This document shows positions 54,944-64,000 of a DNA stretch of 64,000 nt, piece by piece (positions within the stretch are counted from its first letter, which is position 1; each line of letters starts with the position of its first letter). Made by a program: the position numbers and the translations under genes. The stretch is from an uncultured Nitrososphaerales archaeon (GTDB taxonomy: Archaea; Thermoproteota; Nitrososphaeria; Nitrososphaerales; Nitrososphaeraceae): contig CAVQMO010000012.1 in NCBI GenBank assembly GCA_963713605.1, positions 224,001 to 288,000 of the forward strand, given 5' to 3'. Under the pieces are notes generated by a model. It searched no databases and had not been told where the DNA came from. It was given only the letters and a program-made list of their open reading frames with translations.

Positions 54944-55990
54944 TTATGTTACCTGGAGAAAGTTTTCTAAAATTTTTGCAAAATTCTCGGGATACTGAAA
55001 CATTAACCCATGCCCTCCCCCTTCTATCTGCACGAGCCATGCTCCGGGAATCTTTTCAGCTAATACTATGGAATTTGTTGGAGGTGAAGTAATATCTTGA
55101 GTTCCTGTCATTACAAGTGTTTCTTTAGAGATGTCTGAAAGTTTTTCACAAGAATCCCATTTACCAGCCGCTGCAGACTGCAGTTGAAGATTCTCACTTG
55201 AGACTTTGCCCATGGGGAAAATGAATTCATTTTCTATGTATTGAGTATTGTTCTGTATCCAGTCTTGTGGAAATAAGGTATGCAGAAAGACCTCCTCAGT
55301 GGCATTTCCAGATACCATACTTTTGAAGACTTGTGGACTTACTTCTGGAGGTATTGTTTGGTTGCCACCGCAATTTGATGCAACGAGAATAAGCCTGTTG
55401 ACCTTTTCTGGATGTAAAAGAGCAAGCTCTTGAGCTGTGAATCCTCCTAAAGACAATCTAACCACATCAACTGGTTGCCTTATCTCTAGTGCATCTATCA
55501 GAGCCGCAGTATCTTTTGCAAATTGGTCTATCGTAAAAGCAGTATCATTAGTAATAATAGTCTCATTTCCTGTTGTTGTCTGCCCGATTCCACGATTGTC
55601 AAAAAGGATCATGGTATGATTTTCAGGTAAACCGTTTAACATCGGCTCCCACATATCCATTGTCATTGAAAATCCTGGAATAAATAGGAGAGGATCTCCT
55701 TTCCCAAAAATTTGATATGCGATATCGATATCTCCAACCCTAATTTTCTTAATTTCAGTACTTGGAAGTTTAATGGATGTTTCTAATGATGAAAAGTTTC
55801 CGCTCCTTGAATTGAAGGTGACAGAAGCGTTAACAGATAACGATGTTACCGTTGATGTTATTAAAAATAAAAACACAACTATTAAAGTAAGGTTTTTTAT
55901 TAGATTTATTGGCATATCTACAATGTGACAAATAAAATATAATAAAGATTCTTTCGCTTGTAAACGTCCCAACATAAACGTTGGAACCAT
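54944..55990 (-). CDS. Secreted alpha/beta hydrolase
   Basis: FDNRGIG, nucleophile elbow reading RLSLGG, GTQD and GGH; probable start at MPINL (~55915). Confidence 0.88.
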   Translation of the reverse strand: MVPTFMLGRLQAKESLLYFICHIVDMPINLIKNLTLIVVFLFLITSTVTSLSVNASVTFNSRSGNFSSLETSIKLPSTEIKKIRVGDIDIAYQIFGKGDPLLFIPGFSMTMDMWEPMLNGLPENHTMILFDNRGIGQTTTGNETIITNDTAFTIDQFAKDTAALIDALEIRQPVDVVRLSLGGFTAQELALLHPEKVNRLILVASNCGGNQTIPPEVSPQVFKSMVSGNATEEVFLHTLFPQDWIQNNTQYIENEFIFPMGKVSSENLQLQSAAAGKWDSCEKLSDISKETLVMTGTQDITSPPTNSIVLAEKIPGAWLVQIEGGGHGLMFQYPENFAKILENFLQVT

Positions 55991-56651
55991 AATCTATAAC
56001 TGAATGATGTTTACATGTCTGCCTAATACTTCTACTCTGGTTAAATCGTGCCGATCATGACGTAAACAGATGATTTTCTTATGCACCAAAATCCTCACAT
56101 ATGATATATTCGGTACCATTAAGAGGCAAAATGAAAGAGAAGCACCATTATGTAAGAAATTGGATCGTACCTGTCGCCTTGATGATAGCCGTGTTCAGTC
56201 TAACTCCAACTCGCATTTTGACTAACTCTGCATATGCTACTATTGACGTGCAAGCAAGGCAAAAGGCCGCTGCAGTCATGAATCTCATTGACCAATCTCT
56301 GGGCTTCTATGTAAATGCCACCGGAAGTCCCTATATCGAACATCTTCCTACCGGTTCTGCTATCGGCATAAATCGCTAAGAATTGTTTCTTTTGATGCAG
56401 TAATAATCATTATAATTTTCGGGTGGAGTATAGAGCCCGGAAGAATAATATTGAAAGAATGCACTGCGCTGCAAAGCAGACGTCCAGATTATATTCTTGT
56501 TCGTTAGTACAAAATATTCCATACTGTCATATTAACTTGTTTCCAGCGCCAAATTCTAACGCATGCGACCCATGCTGTCGTAGCAATTCGGAGGTTAGAC
56601 GACAGGCACTATGTCGAATTGAAGTGGATCCATTTGAGTGAACGTAGGAAT

Positions 56652-57130
56652 ATGATCAGGTTTAATGAGGATTACGATAAATATGGAGACAGAGAAAAAT
56701 ATGTCAGGACGCAGTTTTCCGATAAGGCCCACAGACTTTCTTATCTGTTAGCAGTTCTAGGACAGAACAACGTATATGCCTCATTTGAAGCGATCAGAGA
56801 AACAGAGATCAAATGGCATAAGCATCGAGACTGCGCTATCCAAAACGAATCTTCGAAGAAAGGTTTTATATTCAAGCTTAAATAAGTTGCTTTGTATCGG
56901 TTTAATACGTAGGAAAGGGAAGACATATTATGTCACTCCGTTTGGAGAATATATTCATTCTAGCTTAGAAATTATAAAAGATGCGATTTCTATTCGATCA
57001 CAACTTCAAATAGTTGATGCTTTTCTGCAATCTCGTACCTGGGATTCCAACCGATAACATTCGTATGATCATAGATTCAATAGTAAAACACCACGAGATA
57101 CGTGAGATCTTAAAAAAGGTTTTAACATAA
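56652..57130 (+). pseudogene. Fragmented wHTH protein
   Basis: LRRKVLYSSLNKLLCIGLIRRKGKTYYVTPFG in ORF 56776-57057; flanking parts lie in other frames. Confidence 0.55.
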
Positions 57131-58358
57131 AGATGTTCATAAGTAGATAGATCTATTTCGTGTGAATACCAACAGACTTTGTTGCTATCCTGATGGCGAT
57201 TGGCGAATTAGAAGTCTCCAAAATCAGACGACTAATTGATTGACATGTAATTTATTTCATACAAAGATCATAGGTAATATCCGACACGTGCGGGCTAGTC
57301 CCTGGAGATGTTTTGCACCCGTGGATAAAGTTGCAGTTGTAGGTGTAGTTAACATTAATACTCCGCGTAGAAGCAGTTACCATTAGCACTGCCGTGAAAA
57401 CAAGTTTCACTTTGTCATGATTGGAGACGTTTTTCATTTCCGGCTAGAGTTATTTAGGAATACTATATGAAATAATTTTCTTTATCCGCAGGATTTTCAC
57501 AGTTCACTGTCGGCGGTGGCTAAATGTATTGAATACATTTAAGCTACGTTTTCCAGCCATGTTGCTGTTGCTAAAGATGATAAAATGAACTACCTTTTAA
57601 AAAACAGTAAAAAGCCCTTCCTTAACTTGGCTGCTCTCCAATGTGTCAAGTACTGCTTGAAAAGCAGGAAAAGTGGCTAGGTTGCTAATTAATTAACTAA
57701 CTAAGGCCATAGTGATACGACTTGCGCTATGTCCTTAGATAGTCTCGGTTACTTTTTGCCAAATTTATGCCTGGGCAAATTCGATTGCTCTAAATTCTTC
57801 TTCTTAGAGTATCTGTTTAGCCAGTACGATTATTTTTTCAGGAGGTGGAGTCGTTACATTTGCGTTAGCAAAGTACTGCTCGATTGCGTTATAGACTTTG
57901 GTTTTATGTGCTATAGTTGTTGCGGATATTGCCTGTGTTGTTAAGGCGATGGTGCTTAGGAGTAGTGCGATTATTGCGCTTACTTCATGCATCATCTGTT
58001 TATTTCTCTTGAGTTACGAAATACTGCATCCAGAGCTGCCATCCAGAGCTGCCATGCTGCGAATGCGACCATTGCGGTGGTCATAGTGAAAGTCGAGTAT
58101 TCGATCACTCTGTTCCAGAATTTGTTTTGTCTTCTAGTTATTTCTTGTACAACATTGCCATTTTCTTTTTCCCACTATCTCTCCTTAGTATTATCTACTG
58201 CAACGTATTACTTAGGGTTGCCGTCTACACTGCAGTACGTATGCAGCTACTATTGGTCTTCTTTATATTCCGACATGTGTGGATTATTGTCTTTGAACAC
58301 TAGTGTGGATTATTGCTGTCATTATTGCGATTATCGTGATTGTAGTTCGGCCTAATTA

Positions 58359-59378
58359 CTATACTGTAGGCTTAAACGTAAATTTCATTAATCCTTCTTT
58401 TGCTTGTCCACTTTTATTTACTTGTTCTGCTATCTGCATAACGACTGGCTTTGGTATCATAAAGTGAACTACATCCTTTGTACTATTGGTGGGATCTATC
58501 ATTAAGTCTTTTGTAACATCAACACCATTTATAGTTCCGATGTATGAATTAGCTACAAGTTCAGATGGTTTAGGAAGGAGGATTTCTTGATGCACCATTA
58601 CCTTGTTGTCCTGCAATCTTGTTAGATTCCAATCAAATGGCATAGTAAACTGCATCTCTTTAGTATTTGGATCAAAACTGAAATCTTTTAACTCATCATA
58701 ATAAGAAATTATCTGAACTGGAATTGGCTTGGTGTTGTTGTTACCTATTGAGACCTGTTGATTCTCTACGGCTCCCACACTTAACCAGCCTTCATATTCT
58801 GGCTGCTGATCATCTGGAAGAAACGATCTAGCGTAATCAATTGTAGCTATTCTTACTTTAAAGTGATATAAACCTCCTTCGGAGAATATGGGACCTGCTG
58901 CAACTACAGGACTATCTTCTCTTCCTGTAAACGCCTGCAAAATAGGATCTTGCTCTCCGTAAACAGTTATTCTTTCTGTATTACTTGGTTTCATTTCTAT
59001 TTTCAAATCTCCTTTGTCATCGTGAAACCAATCAGAAAGAAGCTTCTTGCCATCTTTATCAATTGTTATAAAATATGTTACATGTTTAAATCCCTCTTTT
59101 GTAGAAGGATCATAAAGCTTAAACTGAATAATTGGTTTTTGACTTTGGTTTTGTATGGTTTCGGTTGTAACTACTGGAGGCATCATCTTTATTATTAGAT
59201 CGGCTGTTCTACCTCCAAATGATGCTGAAAGCTCTTCCATGAATAGACCATCAGCATAGGCAGTATTTGGATATATTAATGGAGAGAAAACAATAATGGA
59301 ACCGAAAACGAATATTGAAGCAACTACATATCCTAACTTGCGTGTATAAAATATTGAGGTTACTTTCTTCTTTCTCAC
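58359..59378 (-). CDS. Secreted/surface protein of a thaumarchaeal family
   Basis: Signal peptide ending AYA; HVTYFITI, WFHD..G.L, GPIFSEGGLYHF, SYYD and FTMPFDWN. Confidence 0.8.
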   Translation of the reverse strand: MRKKKVTSIFYTRKLGYVVASIFVFGSIIVFSPLIYPNTAYADGLFMEELSASFGGRTADLIIKMMPPVVTTETIQNQSQKPIIQFKLYDPSTKEGFKHVTYFITIDKDGKKLLSDWFHDDKGDLKIEMKPSNTERITVYGEQDPILQAFTGREDSPVVAAGPIFSEGGLYHFKVRIATIDYARSFLPDDQQPEYEGWLSVGAVENQQVSIGNNNTKPIPVQIISYYDELKDFSFDPNTKEMQFTMPFDWNLTRLQDNKVMVHQEILLPKPSELVANSYIGTINGVDVTKDLMIDPTNSTKDVVHFMIPKPVVMQIAEQVNKSGQAKEGLMKFTFKPTV

Positions 59379-59674
59379 ATGCTTCCCATCTTTAGTATAG
59401 TATATTAAGTCTCTTGCATATTTAATGGTTAAAGCGTTGATTTCTTATAAAATATGCTTTATTGCAGATCTTCCTCATTCAAATATGACTTATGCAATAA
59501 TTGCAAAGTAACTTGTTCTCTTCCTCATATTGCCAATGGTGCTGTTCGCATTATTCTTCGGTAGTTTGACCTACGTACTGCTATTCAAATATTAATGAAT
59601 AAAAACATCAAAATTGCTTTGCTTTGCATTATTTTGAGCATTTTCCAGATCAGAATAAAAATATCTAATATACG

Positions 59675-60505
59675 CTATATTTTGATACTACCTTGCAAGT
59701 GCAGCCTTTCATACTTTATTGCTTCTCTAATTATTGTAATTTCAACCTGTTCAGCCATCTTACTTAGCTTCGCCACATCTTCCTTATAGTCTTCAAAGGA
59801 TGTGTGATCCTTCTTGCCCATGAAAATCTCCTTGCTTTGATAACCAAGCATGGCACTCTCAATTAAAAACCATACATCTACACCCCATCCGTCAGGAGAA
59901 CCTTGTACGTCTAACAATTTTTCCCACATCTGTCGTCTAGCACACACCTCACCACTTAAGGGTTGTTCAAAGTGTGATACCTCTGGAAAGAATACGTTCA
60001 GCATTGGTCTTGCAATCAGCTTTGTTACTGCTGCATCCCTAGATTGTCTTTCATAATAACCTCTTGACATGTCACAGTTATTTTGTATTAGTGCATCTAC
60101 CAATTTATCTATCCAATCTGAAGAAAGATTTTTTATGTCTGCATCGAGAAATAAAGCAACATCAGCAGCTTGATTCTTGATTGCCTCTCTTAAACCTGCT
60201 TTCATGGCATTTCCTTTCCCTGGGAATATCTTCTCTGGCTGCTGAATTACAACTGCTCCCGCTTTCATCGCTAACTTTGCAGTGTTATCGTTGGAATATG
60301 CGTCGACTACAATTATTTCAGGGTTGAATCTGCTTGTTGATGCAACGTGTACAACATTCTCTATAGTAGATTCCTCATTCTTTGCGGGAAATATTACTGC
60401 TACCTTCAAATCTTCTTCTGCAATCAGACTGTTATCATCACTATTATTATTTTTTCTGCTGTTGTGAATTATATCTCCTTTTTGAGAAACCATGCTGCTT
60501 ATCAA
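59675..60505 (-). CDS. GT-A glycosyltransferase, glucosyl-3-phosphoglycerate/mannosylglycerate synthase-like
   Basis: PAKNEE, VVDAYSND, PGKGNAM, FLDAD, VTKLIARP, QPLSGE and GWGVD. Confidence 0.8.
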   Translation of the reverse strand: MISSMVSQKGDIIHNSRKNNNSDDNSLIAEEDLKVAVIFPAKNEESTIENVVHVASTSRFNPEIIVVDAYSNDNTAKLAMKAGAVVIQQPEKIFPGKGNAMKAGLREAIKNQAADVALFLDADIKNLSSDWIDKLVDALIQNNCDMSRGYYERQSRDAAVTKLIARPMLNVFFPEVSHFEQPLSGEVCARRQMWEKLLDVQGSPDGWGVDVWFLIESAMLGYQSKEIFMGKKDHTSFEDYKEDVAKLSKMAEQVEITIIREAIKYERLHLQGSIKI

Positions 60506-60801
60506 AACTCACTATATGCTAAAGAGATTCTTCCTGAAATAATCTGTATTCCATCTTTGTTAACTCCAAATAATCTGCTAACTTCTCGATTAACTCTAAA
60601 TTCGCTTTACCCTCTTTTAGGACTGGATCTTGGGATATTGTGATCTCAATCAACTATTACTTTACCATTAAATCAAATTTAACTTAAACAGTAAACCTCA
60701 CACACACTTCGGAATTACATCCTTTCTTACTTTTTTGAGAAGTGCTACTTTAAGTAAATAGTGGACGCTACAGCTAGGGACATCCATGTATATAACATTG
60801 T

Positions 60802-61272
60802 TTACTGTTTACTATAATCCCAGGTCGAGTAGTACTTTGGACTAATTTCTAGAATAACTGATTGGCCTTTCCTTTGCATATCTAAAAGTGCAAGAGACAT
60901 CGGATGGTCTACACTTCCCAAGTACTTGACCATTATTTTCTCTGCAATAGGAACATTGAATTTAATATCTTCATGAATCTTCACATTCCCCTTTCCACGT
61001 ACTCCTTTATAGGGCGGATTTGGCTCGTCTATGCAAAAGTAAACATTCCCGCTCTTTCGGAGATTGGCCGTTTTCTTGGCCTGCTTAGAGGTTTCAACAT
61101 ATATCAATTCCTTTGAAGGATCGTAATAGAACCATGTAGGGTGAATATTAGCATCGCCTTTTTCATCTACGGTTCCTAGATGTATGTTTAGTTTACCTGA
61201 TGTTAAGAAATTCTTGGTTTCTTGTACGCTTAGAGGGGCGCCGAATCCTGGACTTGCATTTAGAACTTTCAA
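60802..61272 (-). CDS. Pyridoxamine 5'-phosphate oxidase-like split-barrel protein
   Basis: LGTVDEKG..NIHPTWF, KKTANL...VYFCID, YKGVRGKG and TWDY. Confidence 0.88.
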   Translation of the reverse strand: MKVLNASPGFGAPLSVQETKNFLTSGKLNIHLGTVDEKGDANIHPTWFYYDPSKELIYVETSKQAKKTANLRKSGNVYFCIDEPNPPYKGVRGKGNVKIHEDIKFNVPIAEKIMVKYLGSVDHPMSLALLDMQRKGQSVILEISPKYYSTWDYSKQ

Positions 61273-62141
61273 TACTGTTAGGTTGTGATATTTTTGCGGA
61301 CTTAAAATTCTTTCAGGTATGGCTGGTATGCCATGAGAACATAAGAAAGCAGAATTTAGAATAAGCGGGATCTGTTAGTAGCGAAGCCTGAATCAATCTA
61401 CCGTTCTGTATTCTGTTTCTATCTTCCTTGCTTATTTCCTTGAGTTTTGCCTTTCCCTCTTGCTTGTGTAGGTTCCCCATACTGACTTGACAAATCATCG
61501 TTGTCATCGTCATGGCTGTTGACGTTGCTGTTATCGCTATATAAATTATTTTCAATCTTCTTTTCCTATATTTTCCTGGGCCTAAGGGGTAGTCCTAAAA
61601 GTTGGCTATTACAGAATCTCGCCACTGAAGAGCAAATTGATAGTAGGTGGAATAATCTTCGATTGTATCGTGCACAAGCACAGCGTAGCAGTCGTTCCAT
61701 AAGGTATTCTTCCCAGCAAACCGAATCACCCCTCTTAGCACAAGAATGGTGTGCCACTCATTTGTTTTAATGTGATTGAGAATACGTGAAATGTACGAGA
61801 TGTAACAAAGGTTCTACTATTCTCAAATCCAAACGGTCAAAAAACGTGAACAAAAATATAGTAATAAATCAGGAACAGATAACTTTTTGAGCGATCTCTA
61901 TTGCTCAATAATATTTCCAACTAGAACGACCGAAAAGGTACAAAATATCGTAGACAATAACATCAAATCATAGAGCATTCTAAGGATTACTCATAGTCAC
62001 AATATCGGAGTCATTTCAATATCCTTACTCCTGCTAAATCATTTCATGAAGCACTAGCTCTTCCGAACTTATCCGTTCGTTACATGAACAATCAAAGAAA
62101 TCCTTAGTTATAGAAACTACATATATCTACATGAAGAAGAT

Positions 62142-63047
62142 ATGCAAACTAGAATTAATGCCATCTTATCTGATTATGACGGAACATTGTCTCCAACTGA
62201 TACATTAAGGAGCAACACAGACTCAATACCAAAGCAGCTGGAAAGAGTCTTATGGAAAGTTTCTCAAAGAATTCCAGTTTGTATTATCTCGAGTAAAGAT
62301 TTTCATTTTATAAGCAGGAGAGCAAAATTTGCCAAGATTCTTTCGTGCATTATGGGTATTGAAACCATTGTTCTTGGAACTCATAAGCAATCATCAAATG
62401 AAATTGAAGAAAGAAGTAAGAATGGTGATAACTTGCGTTGTATCAAAGAACGTTATCTACTCCCTCATGCTCAGAAAATATTACAAACCCATTCAGTTAC
62501 ATTGTCTGAATTAGCAGAAAATATTGAATTAGAATTTAAAGACAATGTTATAGTGGAAAGAAAATATACTAGTGATAGAAGGTTCTTGGCAGGTATTACA
62601 ATTGATTATAGACATCTAAAGGATTGGAAGTTATACAAGAATAAACTTGAACCATCTTTAAAGGAAATGATCCAAAAGTACAGGCCATTATCGGCGATAT
62701 CAATGCCTGACTTGTATGTTTTGTCATACGGGTCGCATCCTTTCTTGGATGTATATGGTTTATACTCCGATAAAGGCATGGCATTTGATTTCATTATAGA
62801 TAATATCTTAGATATTGAAAAAAATAGAGGTACATTGTATTTAGGAGACTCAGAAAATGACAACGCTGCATTCAGAAAGGCTTCGATATCAGTAGGAGTA
62901 ATTTCAGATAAGAGACTTCAACCGAAATTAGACTGCCAATATTTGTTAGAATTCAAAAACCTTCCTGACTTTATTAGGCATTTAGCAGAAGATGGATTCG
63001 TGTTTTCAAAAGAAATGGATAATAGATTCTTCTTAGGCCACGACTAG
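62142..63047 (+). CDS. HAD-superfamily subclass IIB phosphatase
   Basis: DYDGTL motif I, ISS motif II, DKG and LGDSEND motif IV. Confidence 0.88.
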   Translation: MQTRINAILSDYDGTLSPTDTLRSNTDSIPKQLERVLWKVSQRIPVCIISSKDFHFISRRAKFAKILSCIMGIETIVLGTHKQSSNEIEERSKNGDNLRCIKERYLLPHAQKILQTHSVTLSELAENIELEFKDNVIVERKYTSDRRFLAGITIDYRHLKDWKLYKNKLEPSLKEMIQKYRPLSAISMPDLYVLSYGSHPFLDVYGLYSDKGMAFDFIIDNILDIEKNRGTLYLGDSENDNAAFRKASISVGVISDKRLQPKLDCQYLLEFKNLPDFIRHLAEDGFVFSKEMDNRFFLGHD

Positions 63048-63172
63048 GTTAACTTAGGTAGGAACTAATGCTTTGACATAAATAGAATTCTCCAAATCGT
63101 ACCAGTTTAGTGCATAAAATAACTTCTTACCTAAACTTGCCTTTCAGTTATTTCTTATTCTCCAATGGCTAG

Positions 63173-63385
63173 TCAGTTGGGTGTTCCATTATTAGATTCA
63201 TTAAGGAGTCTATTAAAATCTGCGAGCCATTGTTCCTTCAGTGCCTCTATAACAGACTTCTGTTCGGGAGTTTGATTCGCTTCTAAGTGGATTATCCTTT
63301 CAGACTCTTCATATGCCTTTACGATATCTGTTGTGGATGCAAAGTATGCCACTATTAGTAGCAATACAATTGCTAAACTAATCAT
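63173..63385 (-). CDS. Small membrane-anchored hypothetical protein
   Basis: N-terminal hydrophobic helix; TTTATA upstream. Confidence 0.5.
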   Translation of the reverse strand: MISLAIVLLLIVAYFASTTDIVKAYEESERIIHLEANQTPEQKSVIEALKEQWLADFNRLLNESNNGTPN

Positions 63386-63505
63386 ATTTTGGGGTTTTCC
63401 AATTTAGAAATCCCAGATATAAACCGATTGCTAATTAAGTTCAATCGAATAAGATCAACTTGGACTAATGAAGGCCCCCCCTCAACTTATCCATATCCAA
63501 TTAAA

Positions 63506-63808
63506 TTAGTCGTCTGGACATGTCATCTCTCTTATGGCTAGATAACGCTCATTCATCTCTTCAGCAAATTTGATTACTCTGTCTAAAGAAAATGCCGATT
63601 TGGAAAAGTACCACCTAATACCTACTTTGTGCCCCGTACCTCCGCCGTCATAAATGATGCCGTTTTCGCAATCGGCGCCATACTTTGGGTCAAGATATCT
63701 TTCTATCACTTCAAGCCCAAGCTTAGTCTTATCTTCCATGGTATAATGGTCAGATGTGTCATGGATAAAATAAAACTGGCCCTTCTTGATTGGCTCTGGG
63801 GTGCTCAT
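63506..63808 (-). CDS. Hypothetical protein
   Basis: 100-aa ORF with an ATG start and globular composition. Confidence 0.6.
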   Translation of the reverse strand: MSTPEPIKKGQFYFIHDTSDHYTMEDKTKLGLEVIERYLDPKYGADCENGIIYDGGGTGHKVGIRWYFSKSAFSLDRVIKFAEEMNERYLAIREMTCPDD

Positions 63809-64000
63809 TGATCATCTATTCCTAAACTACAACGTGATGGATAACAGGTATCAAATTGCAGACTCTCCTTTCTTCCCCGTCTTTATATCGAAGGTGAGTG
63901 GTACTTCTAGAACAAATATCTTTCCGCTTACCTCATTAGCACCGAGTCTATCCATTATTTTTCTTAACAACAAATCAACTTGGTCATCTTTAACAACCAC

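Noticed and set aside
58027..58056. 14-bp tandem duplication CATCCAGAGCTGC
   Set aside because: Only two copies in a degraded region; no functional inference possible.
61313..61770. Several overlapping short ORFs
   Set aside because: No consistent frame or recognisable family; possibly a decayed gene.

Overview
This AT-rich window comes from an ammonia-oxidising archaeon of the soil-type Nitrososphaeraceae (Thaumarchaeota/Nitrososphaeria). The assignment rests on a stand-alone amoC (24551-25114) and several lineage-typical families. No rRNA, complete tRNA or CRISPR array was seen. Most of the window is accessory genes: two hsp20 paralogues, an ArsR-type regulator, MFS transporters (one paired with ChrB), a Rieske-domain protein, a WtpABC/ModABC-type transporter, HtrA, F420/flavin-related oxidoreductases, a GpgS/MGS-like glycosyltransferase near a HAD-IIB phosphatase, and three Asp-box paralogues. 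The most notable part is a ~10.6-kb degenerate integrated element (~39650-50500). It carries a truncated tyrosine integrase behind a perfect palindrome, a divergent wHTH/AbrB pair sharing a nested-palindrome operator, a protein with Rep_trans-like motifs and a DPPY methyltransferase. It also carries an HTH protein, a terminase-large-subunit nuclease remnant, 28-bp and 50-bp tandem repeats and a DUF6788-like gene, an arrangement reminiscent of a virus satellite or decayed provirus. Many genes are broken by single-base indels in short homopolymers, probably largely sequencing or assembly errors, while a few in-frame nonsense codons suggest real decay. All family calls come from motif recognition, not database searches.
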